The position numbers were made by a program, and so were the translations under genes. The notes beneath the pieces were generated by a model. That model did not search any database, was not told the DNA's origin, and saw only the letters and a list, made by a program, of their open reading frames with translations. From a virus (taxonomy: Duplodnaviria; Caudoviricetes): a stretch of 37,659 bases of DNA. The stretch covers positions 1 through 37,659 of IMG/VR virus record IMGVR_UViG_3300038336_000066; one strand, given 5' to 3'. Below are positions 1-8,713 of this stretch, one piece after another (within the stretch, counting starts at the first letter, position 1; each line of letters opens with the position of its first letter).

Positions 1-127
1 TTCTTCTGTGCCAAGATGTTATACGTAATAGTGATTAGCATATAATTCATGCATAATATTCCAATAAATTTGCGTTCCTTCCTAATATAATAGTATTAAT
101 TTTTATTTTAAACCAACAACAATTAGA

Positions 128-170
128 TTGACACAAACGTTCGTTCGTATTACTATTGACTTAGGAGGTG
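128..170 (+). promoter_or_regulatory. SigA-type promoter with LexA (SOS) box in the spacer, plus RBS
   Basis: TTGACA 128-133, 17-bp spacer, TACTAT 151-156. CAAACGTTCGTTCG at 134-147 versus the Firmicutes LexA consensus CGAACRNRYGTTCG. AGGAGGTG at 163-170. Confidence 0.75.
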
Positions 171-177
171 CATGTAA

Positions 178-441
178 TTGAAGACAATAAGTAAGAAAAT
201 TGAAATGATTTGCAAAACTGATGAACTTGGAATAATGCAGCCTTTGAAATTTAAGATACTCGGCAAAAATGGTGACACTCAAATCTATGAAATATTAAGA
301 GTAATAAAAGCGGATCTCGAAAAATTAGCAGGAAATAAGATGATGAAATTTGAATGTGAAATAAGACTAAATGAAAAGCCAAAGCTCTGTGAAATCAAAT
401 ATGAGCTTGATACATGTAAATGGATTCTATTTAAAATGTAA
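178..441 (+). CDS. Small hypothetical protein, probably SOS-inducible
   Basis: 87-aa ORF with TTG start, strong RBS, its own promoter and a downstream terminator. Confidence 0.85.
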   Translation: MKTISKKIEMICKTDELGIMQPLKFKILGKNGDTQIYEILRVIKADLEKLAGNKMMKFECEIRLNEKPKLCEIKYELDTCKWILFKM

Positions 442-445
442 TTTT

Positions 446-484
446 AAAAACCCTACTATGAATAATACATTGTAGGGTCTTTTA
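446..484. terminator. Intrinsic terminator, probably bidirectional
   Basis: AAAAACCCTACTATG-aataata-CATTGTAGGGTCTTTT between convergent genes. Confidence 0.8.
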
Positions 485-573
485 TTACTGGGCAATATAA
501 GCATATTGTTAAGTTTTCCATAACCTCTTAATCTTCTGCTCCTACATTATATCGGTTATTATATATATCCATA

Positions 574-1317
574 TTATTCTAAAAATTTTGGATTACTTCC
601 TATGATAAGACCTTCATTTTTTGACCATGAATAGTTCCATTTAAATTCATTTATAACATAATTCCATGTAAGCGGAAAATATGTGACATCTCTAAATGAT
701 AACACCGGATAACTTTCAGACAAATTATCAATCTTTTTTTCATTTACAGTAATAGAAAATGACGGGATTTTCGCACTATATTTCTGTGTAAAGTCATTAT
801 GAATATTATTGTCATATGGATTATATGCTCCAGTAGTACCTGTGCTAATTACTTTCAATCCTGTATTATCATTCCAATATGTTTCAAGTCCCATAAATCT
901 ACTTCCAGAAAACGTCATTGGAAAATAAGTAATATCCTTGTAGATTATCAGTGGATACTTGTTATGCTCATTATCGATTATAATGCCATTAATCTTAACA
1001 TCAAAATTAACTATACTTACGCTAATTTCACTACTTGATGATTTACTTGTTTTTATAATTGTCGTGCTACTACTAGTACTATTATTATTATTACTTTCTG
1101 TAGGCGTATTATCAGATGGTACTTCAAACGAATATGGGCAAACTCCATTTGGATGTAAGTGTGGACCATTACCATGATGATAATGGTATGATCCTAATCC
1201 TGATTTGTTTTGATTATCTCTATGTCCACCATTACCATCAGTCCTTCCCGAATGTGCAAAAGAACCAAAAGAAAACATTATTAATAAGATGCATATATAT
1301 ATCCCAAATTTTTTCAT
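574..1317 (-). CDS. Secreted YHYH-domain protein with Ser/Thr/Asn linker and cell-surface C-terminal domain
   Basis: Signal peptide ending FA|H, HSGRTDxxGGH...YHYH motif, and two YP(L/V)(I/L)xx(Y/F)xD(I/V)TYFP repeats. Confidence 0.85.
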   Translation of the reverse strand: MKKFGIYICILLIMFSFGSFAHSGRTDGNGGHRDNQNKSGLGSYHYHHGNGPHLHPNGVCPYSFEVPSDNTPTESNNNNSTSSSTTIIKTSKSSSSEISVSIVNFDVKINGIIIDNEHNKYPLIIYKDITYFPMTFSGSRFMGLETYWNDNTGLKVISTGTTGAYNPYDNNIHNDFTQKYSAKIPSFSITVNEKKIDNLSESYPVLSFRDVTYFPLTWNYVINEFKWNYSWSKNEGLIIGSNPKFLE

Positions 1318-1331
1318 AATTTTCCTCCTGT

Positions 1332-3092
1332 TTAATCGTTAAATTTATAAATCAGCTTTCCGGTAGAATCATACAACTCTGCCGGATCCGATTGTGAATT
1401 GTTCCAAATGTTACTCTTCCCCCATTTTAGAATTCCAGCAGCATCACCACTAGCTACGGTGACTGATGCTCCACCCTTTAATAAGTATGATGGAAAAGTA
1501 TACGTCTGATTTCCAGTTATAGAAATTATCTTCCATCCTGTAACATCTACGTCTGTTGTAGATATATTTTTGATGGTAATTAACTCATTTACTTTATCTA
1601 ATGTGCTAATAATAACACCTGTATTAGTAAATGTTGTGTTATCTGGAATTGCCTCTATTATTTTTGTATCTATTGGACCTACATTAAAATTAATAAAATA
1701 TCCATCAGTTGTTACAATAATAGTGCCATGAAGGTCCGTTCTAAATATTTCAACTTCTTTGCTAGCCAAAGTTTGAAGTGTAGCATTAGTTGGATGTCCG
1801 TATTTATTGTCCTTGCCACAACTAATTATTGCTTGTGTTGGATTAACTGCGTTTAAGAAGCTTAATGAAGTGCTAGAATCTGAACCATGATGTCCTATCT
1901 GCAATACATCGGCTTTTAAGTTAGTATTATTATTTATCATTTCTGTTTCATTTTTAATTTCAGCATCTCCAGTAAGTAAAAATGATGTATCCCCAAATTT
2001 AAACATTACTACAATTGAATATTCGTTAGGATCACTATATTTATCATTTATAGGTCCTAATACTTGAAAATCTATATCTCCTAGCTCGAATTTGTCATTT
2101 ACATCAACATAAATAGGTTGTAATCTTTCTCTTGTTATAGCTGTCATAACATCTTTATACGATTCGGTTTCAGCTGTACCACTTGTCATTATTGCATTTT
2201 CTACTTCAAATGCTTCTAGAACAGAATCCATAGCCCCTAAATGGTCTTCGTCAGTATGAGAGACGATTATGTATTCTAAATCATCTACTTGCTGACTCTT
2301 GAGATAATTAATAACTGTATCGTCATCGCCATTATTTCCTGCATCATATAAAATATGGTTTCCAAAATCATCTTCTATTAGAATAGCAAGGGCCTGTCCA
2401 ACATCGATAAAATGTACTTGTAGCTCACCAATATCTGATGCACCGAAAACACCGATTTGCTTTGCTATTGTTTCTGATATAGCATTTTCAGTAATTAATT
2501 TTTCAGCCAATGTCTGTTTAGAACCTTTAATTGTATGCAGTAATGTATCATAAGAACTTTTAGCAATATGATCCCTTAAAAATGTAGTAGTATTTAATTT
2601 GTTATATAACTCATTGTCAATCAATCCAATAGATTTAGAAAACTCTATAGAGTCGTTATATGTAAAATCACCTTTTGAATCTTCATATCCTAATGCCCTT
2701 AAAAGAAATGTCATATATGCCTTAGCATTAAGGTTGTCTGTTGTACCAAATAGATTATTACCTATACCTGTAGTTAACTTATTATTATAGGCGTAATTTG
2801 CATATCCAACACCCCAACTAGGAACATCTGTAAACACACATGTTTGATTGCTTAAAGCCTTTGCATCAGTCTCTTTTCCTAAAAGTCTAATAAGCATAAC
2901 CATGCCCTCTAACCTTGTAGGTTCTCGATCTAATTCAAAGCCATTAGCTGTACCCTGGAACACATTGATTTCAGCGAGTTTCTCGGCATAGTTTGTATAC
3001 TGTGTAGATGCTGCGTTGATTATTATTGTCTGTGATAATAAAACGGAAATTAGTAGTACTATTGCAGTTACCTTTTTGATATATTTCATCAT
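1332..3092 (-). CDS. Secreted SLH-like + ComEC-type metallo-beta-lactamase hydrolase + lamin-tail domain protein
   Basis: Signal peptide; SLH-like TRLEG/FTDVPSW; MBL motifs FIDVGQ, SHTDEDH, LTGDAE, GHHGS, YGHP; C-terminal LTD (VDVTGWKI...WNN...AELYD). Confidence 0.85.
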   Translation of the reverse strand: MMKYIKKVTAIVLLISVLLSQTIIINAASTQYTNYAEKLAEINVFQGTANGFELDREPTRLEGMVMLIRLLGKETDAKALSNQTCVFTDVPSWGVGYANYAYNNKLTTGIGNNLFGTTDNLNAKAYMTFLLRALGYEDSKGDFTYNDSIEFSKSIGLIDNELYNKLNTTTFLRDHIAKSSYDTLLHTIKGSKQTLAEKLITENAISETIAKQIGVFGASDIGELQVHFIDVGQALAILIEDDFGNHILYDAGNNGDDDTVINYLKSQQVDDLEYIIVSHTDEDHLGAMDSVLEAFEVENAIMTSGTAETESYKDVMTAITRERLQPIYVDVNDKFELGDIDFQVLGPINDKYSDPNEYSIVVMFKFGDTSFLLTGDAEIKNETEMINNNTNLKADVLQIGHHGSDSSTSLSFLNAVNPTQAIISCGKDNKYGHPTNATLQTLASKEVEIFRTDLHGTIIVTTDGYFINFNVGPIDTKIIEAIPDNTTFTNTGVIISTLDKVNELITIKNISTTDVDVTGWKIISITGNQTYTFPSYLLKGGASVTVASGDAAGILKWGKSNIWNNSQSDPAELYDSTGKLIYKFND

Positions 3093-3150
3093 TTACCCTC
3101 CTAAATTATTATAATATAACAAAAGTATATCATAGTAATATTAAAATGCA

Positions 3151-3199
3151 ATAAAAAAGAACCTATCAACAAGGATTGCTCCAAGTTAGTAGGTTCTTT
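3151..3199 (-). repeat. Cassette-boundary hairpin/terminator repeat, copy A
   Basis: AAAAGAACCTATCAACAAGGATTGCTCCAAGTTAGTAGGTTCTTT; closely similar to 5908-5959. Confidence 0.75.
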
Positions 3200-3338
3200 A
3201 CAAAATTATTGCGTATTATAAGCATGTTGTACAACACATATACACTTATCGTTACCGATACTTTGGCTATTATTAATAACCAATTGGTAATATGTCGCTT
3301 TTTAGATACTTTAGTTTATAATAATAACGTACATATTT

Positions 3339-3764
3339 TTATGCTACTTCAAATCTTTTTATTATCAGCTGAGAAATATCTTTCGGTAAACTATTGAAAA
3401 AATCAATTTGCTCATTTCTTGAATAGTGAACCTCAATATAATCCATAATATCTTCAATTAACTCATTGATTATTATATCTCTGTCCCACTCAATTATATT
3501 TCCCATATTTCCAACTTCTTCAATTCTTAAAAGTTTTTTATTTAGCGAGTATGTATATATCATTTTTGTTGTTATACGCTCGTCATCTACTTGCTCTTCA
3601 AACACTAATTCCACGAATAATTGATTGTTCTCTTTTTTTATACTCATCGATTCATATGCATCAAGAAAAACATTGTCCACTAACCCCGATGGTAATACAC
3701 CATCATTATCAGCAATCCATGCAAGCCTTTTTACTTTTGACAAAATCATTTTACTTATATCCAT
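3339..3764 (-). CDS. Acidic hypothetical protein, translationally coupled to the helicase
   Basis: 141-aa ORF; TAATG stop/start overlap at 3762-3766. Confidence 0.8.
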   Translation of the reverse strand: MDISKMILSKVKRLAWIADNDGVLPSGLVDNVFLDAYESMSIKKENNQLFVELVFEEQVDDERITTKMIYTYSLNKKLLRIEEVGNMGNIIEWDRDIIINELIEDIMDYIEVHYSRNEQIDFFNSLPKDISQLIIKRFEVA

Positions 3765-5611
3765 TAAATCATCTCCTCCAATTCAACTAAAATTGTATGC
3801 ATATATTTTAAAGAAAGTCCCATCTTACCCAGTTCTCTCTTATCCATTTTACCATATCTTTTACTTACCCTCGCATTTACATACCTAACAAGTATACCAT
3901 CATTCGGAGTTACTTTTGAAAGTCCATATAATACACCCTTAAACTTATTATATAATGTCGAGGCCTTAGGGTCTATACCTTTCTTTTCAAGTAATTGATC
4001 TACACCCTCTTGAGCACTTTTTACATGCATATCTCTGTACCTTTTTCTAGCAGCTTCTGGTCTCTTATCAAGCATTATCGCATCAATTTCATCTTTCTCT
4101 TCATCAAATACTTTGCGCTCATTGAAGTTTCTTAGCGCCTCAAGTTCATCTTTACTAAGATTACTTTTCTTCAATTCCTCATACCTAGCATTCGACTTTT
4201 CCTTGACTCTTTCTCTAGCCTCTTCAAATAATCTACTGAAATCTAATTCTTTTAAATAAGAGCCTTGATCAAGTGAATAATGCCCATCAATGTCAACTTC
4301 AGCAAATATTATTTCTCTATGTTTATAGTCTGATTCATATCCACTATACTCCCTAATTTTATATTTCTTGCTTTTTTCTACCTCTTCTGAGAAAAAGTTC
4401 CACATATCAGTTAGCCCCGTCTCTTCATGATAAACGATGACGGCATTATTATCTATTTCAAATGCTGTAATTTCATCATCAGGTATTGCCCTAAGTACCC
4501 TACCGACTACTTGTGCAAATGCATTCAAGCTTCTATATGGTCTAAAAAGTGCCAATACCGTTAGATACTTATGATCATATCCTTCCATTAGCATATTTAC
4601 TGATACTACAACATCACATTCATGGTCTTCAATGCGTAAGAATCTTTTTTCTAGTTCATCACTATTAATATCACTGTGAACAATTTCAACTCTCATGCCA
4701 GCTAATTCATACCATTTTTTTATATCTTCTGCATGGGCGATACTACATGCAGTAGCTAATATTTTATGTTGCACCTTTGGTGATGACGCTTTATAGTCCT
4801 TAAGTAACCTAATACTTTCTTTTATAACATCCATCGAACATTCTTTTGACATGGCAACAGATTTCTCAATCCATTCTTTGTCCTTAAATTCTAAGACTTC
4901 GTCTTTACTAAGTCTTTGATCGTTACCAGGTATCGTAAAATACAGTTCATGATTATTAACTGGTTGATTTCGTAACCACTTGACATACTTAAGAGCCATT
5001 ACTTCTGAAAGTGCGGTATTATGAATTTCTTTACCTGGCAGTTCCTGTTGATCTCCTCTGTACGGTGTACCTGTAACATGCAATTTTTTTGCCTTCTTAA
5101 AATATTTTAGAGCTTTCACCCATGTATTAGCAACAGAGTGATGTGCTTCATCAATTATAACCATATCAAAAAAGTCAGGGTCAACTCTATTAATTAATGA
5201 TTTCTTACTCTTGCTTTGTAATTTTTGGACATTTGTTATTATAAAATCACATTTTTTCAAGCTTGATTCTAACATATCTGGTTGATACTCTTCAACAACC
5301 GGTTGATCTTCTGGATCAAAAATTACATCATACTTTATCCAAAAATTTTCTTCAAGTGGATGCAATGACTTTACGACACTCTTTTTAGTTACTAATCCAG
5401 GCGTAATAATAAGAACTCTTTTTTTTGCTATACCATATGGTGCTATAGATATTAGACCACTCTTGCCAGTCCCTGTTGGTAGAACAACTAAAGCTTCCCC
5501 CTGAGGATTATTGATGAAATATTCTTTAATATTAAGATATGCCTCAATTTGAGGTGTTCTTAATTTCCTATTTCCTTCAATATTTGGTACAACTGTTTGA
5601 AATGTTGACAT
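3764..5611 (-). CDS. SF2 DEAD/DEAH-box helicase (ResIII-like)
   Basis: Motifs I LPTGTGKS, II DEAH, III TGTP, V MLMEGYD, VI QVVGRVLR; RBS GAGGGGGG. Confidence 0.9.
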   Translation of the reverse strand: MSTFQTVVPNIEGNRKLRTPQIEAYLNIKEYFINNPQGEALVVLPTGTGKSGLISIAPYGIAKKRVLIITPGLVTKKSVVKSLHPLEENFWIKYDVIFDPEDQPVVEEYQPDMLESSLKKCDFIITNVQKLQSKSKKSLINRVDPDFFDMVIIDEAHHSVANTWVKALKYFKKAKKLHVTGTPYRGDQQELPGKEIHNTALSEVMALKYVKWLRNQPVNNHELYFTIPGNDQRLSKDEVLEFKDKEWIEKSVAMSKECSMDVIKESIRLLKDYKASSPKVQHKILATACSIAHAEDIKKWYELAGMRVEIVHSDINSDELEKRFLRIEDHECDVVVSVNMLMEGYDHKYLTVLALFRPYRSLNAFAQVVGRVLRAIPDDEITAFEIDNNAVIVYHEETGLTDMWNFFSEEVEKSKKYKIREYSGYESDYKHREIIFAEVDIDGHYSLDQGSYLKELDFSRLFEEARERVKEKSNARYEELKKSNLSKDELEALRNFNERKVFDEEKDEIDAIMLDKRPEAARKRYRDMHVKSAQEGVDQLLEKKGIDPKASTLYNKFKGVLYGLSKVTPNDGILVRYVNARVSKRYGKMDKRELGKMGLSLKYMHTILVELEEMI

Positions 5612-5907
5612 GTAAATTCCCCCCTCTGTATAACGATTTTTTATAGCTAGATTGCTCCAATTCTAAAAATTATTTTATATACATATCTCTGTCCTCATTT
5701 TATCATCCGTGATGCTGTATTACAATAAAGCATGTCAATTCTAGATATCCGCTAATTTCCAAGTTTATCTCATAATAATAAGGTGTTCTAAAATAGTTTT
5801 GTTAGACACAAAAAATCGTATTTACGTCATTATATCATGTAAATTCATATAATTATACAATATTAGACAATTTATAATTGAATTTTATTAAAATAATTAT
5901 TCGATGA

Positions 5908-5959
5908 ATAACAAAAAACCTACTAACTAGGATGGCTCCAAGTTTAGTAGGTTCTTTTT
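5908..5959 (-). repeat. Cassette-boundary hairpin/terminator repeat, copy B
   Basis: AAAAAACCTACTAACTAGGATGGCTCCAAGTTTAGTAGGTTCTTTTT; inverted arms AACCTACTAA/TTAGTAGGTT. Confidence 0.75.
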
Positions 5960-6027
5960 CTAAGAATATTATTATTATACTGTACTTAATTTTTCTTCTA
6001 TGGCAAACTATTTTCTGCAAATCATAA

Positions 6028-6564
6028 TTATTCTAATCCGACCCTATCAAACAACGCGTATTTTGATATGCATATATCTAAAGCCTCGCCTGCCTGCACA
6101 TATAGGTCTAGGCTCTTATTAAAATATGTAGATTTTTCATCATCTGACATTTTTTCAATGTTAAATCTATTATCAAAGGTAAAGTCTAGCATCTTCTGTA
6201 TTTTAACTAACATATCTTTAATGTCCTTGTCATCTCCGCTATAAGAGTTACTAATAATCTTCATGTTAGATTGCAATTCCAAGACTCTAAATATATATGT
6301 ATTATCATTTTTCGTTAAGATACCTGCATCAGAATATACTTGATAAGAGTGAATAATTACTTTTTCAGCTAATTCTTTGCTCTCGTTATTTAATAAACTA
6401 TCATACTTTTGTTTTTGAATTTCAAACTCATTAACTACATTAATAGCTTCATCATTCATTCTTTTTATTTTTTGATCTTTATTAATTAAAAAATAACTCT
6501 CAGCCCCAATGACTACTATTAATAGTGTAATTATTAATGATAATATTCTTTCTTTATTAAGCAT
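6028..6564 (-). CDS. Membrane-anchored hypothetical protein (moron)
   Basis: N-terminal hydrophobic helix, helical remainder, RBS AGGAGGTG. Confidence 0.8.
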   Translation of the reverse strand: MLNKERILSLIITLLIVVIGAESYFLINKDQKIKRMNDEAINVVNEFEIQKQKYDSLLNNESKELAEKVIIHSYQVYSDAGILTKNDNTYIFRVLELQSNMKIISNSYSGDDKDIKDMLVKIQKMLDFTFDNRFNIEKMSDDEKSTYFNKSLDLYVQAGEALDICISKYALFDRVGLE

Positions 6565-6733
6565 GCTTTCACCTCCTAATGATATTTATACGTTCTATTA
6601 TACCTATATTATATAATTCTACATAAAACTAAAAACCCCTTTTAATCTCGTGGAGAAGATCATCTTCAAACTTGATACAAATGAAAAGACCAAACTAACG
6701 AGAATCTTTCCAATAGTTCTTTGTCTATTTATT

Positions 6734-7069
6734 TTATTCAGTGCTTAGTTTTTCTTCTATTGTAACAGTAGCTCCATCTTTACCTTGCACCAATTCTGTT
6801 TTTATGTATTTAACTGCATCTTCTATCCATTTTGTTATAATGGCCTGCGGAACAAACACTTGAATAATTAGTGGGAGCTTTTCATATATACTAGACATAA
6901 CCTCTATAAATTTTATTTTCCCAGCTCCTGAACCCCAATTTAGTTCAGCTCGAATTACTAAACCTAAAATAATGTTTTGAACAACTTTTTTCTTTCCGTA
7001 ATACCATAGTAAGCCGAGAATGCAAACAAATACAACTGCAACAAATAAATTCAATGTCAACTTATCCAT
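6734..7069 (-). CDS. Holin-like membrane protein (LL-H-like)
   Basis: One N-terminal TM then AE..G.G.G..K pattern; in the lysis cluster; start moved to MDKL behind GGTGAT. Confidence 0.65.
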   Translation of the reverse strand: MDKLTLNLFVAVVFVCILGLLWYYGKKKVVQNIILGLVIRAELNWGSGAGKIKFIEVMSSIYEKLPLIIQVFVPQAIITKWIEDAVKYIKTELVQGKDGATVTIEEKLSTE

Positions 7070-7289
7070 TATTATCACCATTTTCCTTCTTTATTTTTTG
7101 TTTTTTGATGTTTGCCATAATCCAAACTTCAGTTCCAGTAAATAAAAACCATGATCCAATCAATACTACTGGTTCACTCATACCCATTGAAACAATATTT
7201 AAAACTCTATTAGTGAACCAAATATTTAAAGCTATTACCAATAACAGTAATAGCTTTGAAAACAATCCTTCTTTTTTCTTTTTTAGCAC
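7062..7289 (-). CDS. Small two-TM holin-like protein
   Basis: Two hydrophobic segments with basic termini; overlaps the endolysin stop. Confidence 0.65.
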   Translation of the reverse strand: MLKKKKEGLFSKLLLLLVIALNIWFTNRVLNIVSMGMSEPVVLIGSWFLFTGTEVWIMANIKKQKIKKENGDNNG

Positions 7290-7999
7290 TTAAGCATCAC
7301 CACTTTATTAGTGTTATCCCATTCTACTTTCAAACCCAACATTTCAGCAAAAGTTCTTAAAGCCACATCCTGATTATTCAATTTAACATAAATAACATTT
7401 TCTTTTGAATAACCAATAATCTCTTTTTTCTTTCCATTAAGATCTATCTTAATCTTTTCATTTACTGGAACAGTTGCTGTTTTTGGAGCACTTACATATG
7501 TAATATAAGTATCTTTAAACCAATGCGTAAACTTGCTACCACTTACAACTTTACCGTTTTGAATCTTACCTTTAAACATCCCCGTAGGAGCTCCTGCGCA
7601 TTCAATAAATTCCCCACCACCGATATAAATACCTGCATGACCTTTCATCCATAAAACAAGTCCTGGTATTTCTGGGATATTTGAAATAGGCCCCTTTTCT
7701 TTTGCCGCATTAAAAGCCCCTTCTTGATTTCTGTCCTGACTAGCAATGTATTTAACATTACCATCATTCCACCAAACAAAGGCCTTTACAAGACCGTAAC
7801 AATCACTTACTCTTTTGTTAAGAAACTTTTGAAGGTATGTTTTGTGCTTAGTATTATACTCACCGACACCATACCCTTGTTTCATTTTTTGGCTCATGAA
7901 GGCAGGGGTTAAGATATTTCCAAATGAACCTAAACAATATCCCCAATTCTCACTCAAAGCTTTTTTTACAAATTCCACTAATTGAATATTTGTTACCAT
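7283..7999 (-). CDS. Endolysin, NlpC/P60-like Cys-His peptidase with C-terminal cell-wall domain
   Basis: DCYGLVK and GHAGIYIG motifs; C-terminal ALRTFAEMLGLKVEWD resembles the copper-amine-oxidase N-terminal-like domain. Confidence 0.8.
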   Translation of the reverse strand: MVTNIQLVEFVKKALSENWGYCLGSFGNILTPAFMSQKMKQGYGVGEYNTKHKTYLQKFLNKRVSDCYGLVKAFVWWNDGNVKYIASQDRNQEGAFNAAKEKGPISNIPEIPGLVLWMKGHAGIYIGGGEFIECAGAPTGMFKGKIQNGKVVSGSKFTHWFKDTYITYVSAPKTATVPVNEKIKIDLNGKKKEIIGYSKENVIYVKLNNQDVALRTFAEMLGLKVEWDNTNKVVMLKC

Positions 8000-8010
8000 T
8001 GAATCATCTC

Positions 8011-8301
8011 CTAACTTTTCATATGTGTAAGTTTACACTTTTGGTTAATAAGTTCAATTTGTTGCGAATTTTCTTCGATATCACTTGAATTTTCATCAAT
8101 TCTCGAATCTAGATCAAGTAGCATCGTTTCGATTTTTACGAGCTTCTCATTTGTCTGAATTTGATGATTATTAATATTATTTAGAGACAGAGCTATTTTC
8201 GAGTAGATCTTAATAATGGCAATAATAGATACGATAAGAGTACTCAAAATTGATATAACCGCTAAAATAAGATTAAGATTTATCGTTACATCCATATACA
8301 T
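8011..8301 (-). CDS. TM + coiled-coil lysis-module protein (holin-like)
   Basis: N-terminal TM followed by a heptad region; directly upstream of the endolysin. Confidence 0.6.
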   Translation of the reverse strand: MYMDVTINLNLILAVISILSTLIVSIIAIIKIYSKIALSLNNINNHQIQTNEKLVKIETMLLDLDSRIDENSSDIEENSQQIELINQKCKLTHMKS

Positions 8302-8315
8302 CTCCTTTCCCCATT

Positions 8316-8342
8316 AAAAAGAGAGCCTTAACAGCTCCCTTG
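8316..8342 (-). terminator. Intrinsic terminator between tail and lysis modules
   Basis: Minus strand AAGGGAGCT-gttaa-GGCTCTCTTTTT. Confidence 0.65.
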
Positions 8343-8371
8343 TAGTTAATTATGTACTGCGTAATATGTTC

Positions 8372-8494
8372 CTATGTTGAAGCAATTAATCGATTTATAA
8401 CTTCCGCTTTATATGCAACATCTTTGATTTGTTCAACATTAATTATTCCTTGCTTAATTAGAGAAATTAACTTTTCTAAATAAGATTCATTCAT
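8372..8494 (-). CDS. 40-aa tail-fibre-associated small protein (XkdX/CD1375-like position); not in the ORF track
   Basis: MNESYLEKLISLIKQGIINVEQIKDVAYKAEVINRLIAST; TAATG overlap with the upstream gene. Confidence 0.65.
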   Translation of the reverse strand: MNESYLEKLISLIKQGIINVEQIKDVAYKAEVINRLIAST

Positions 8495-8697
8495 TATAGT
8501 AATCCCTCCTGTTTCAAAATAATTAAATCAGTATTATTTCTAATGTCATTTAATAGAAGCTCTAAAGGTTTCAAGTCTGAAAATACCAAAAAATTTCCTT
8601 CTGTTATATTCTGTTCTTCGATTAAGAATAAGCTTAAGTTCTTGTTTACAATTACATTTCTTTCTTCTTGCGTATTATATTGAATCTTGTAATTCAT
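8494..8697 (-). CDS. Small protein downstream of tail fibre (putative fibre chaperone)
   Basis: 67-aa ORF, RBS AGGAGG, position. Confidence 0.7.
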   Translation of the reverse strand: MNYKIQYNTQEERNVIVNKNLSLFLIEEQNITEGNFLVFSDLKPLELLLNDIRNNTDLIILKQEGLL

Positions 8698-8713
8698 TAT
8701 TTAACCTCCTAAT

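Noticed and set aside
1-85. Start of a minus-strand gene running off the window edge
   Set aside because: Too short to judge, and the purine-rich RBS-like tract is too far from the open ATG.
5650-5660. GATTGCTCCAA in the helicase leader, identical to the loop of repeat A
   Set aside because: ATTGCTCCAA also occurs inside coding regions (near 11997 and 31174), so chance cannot be excluded.
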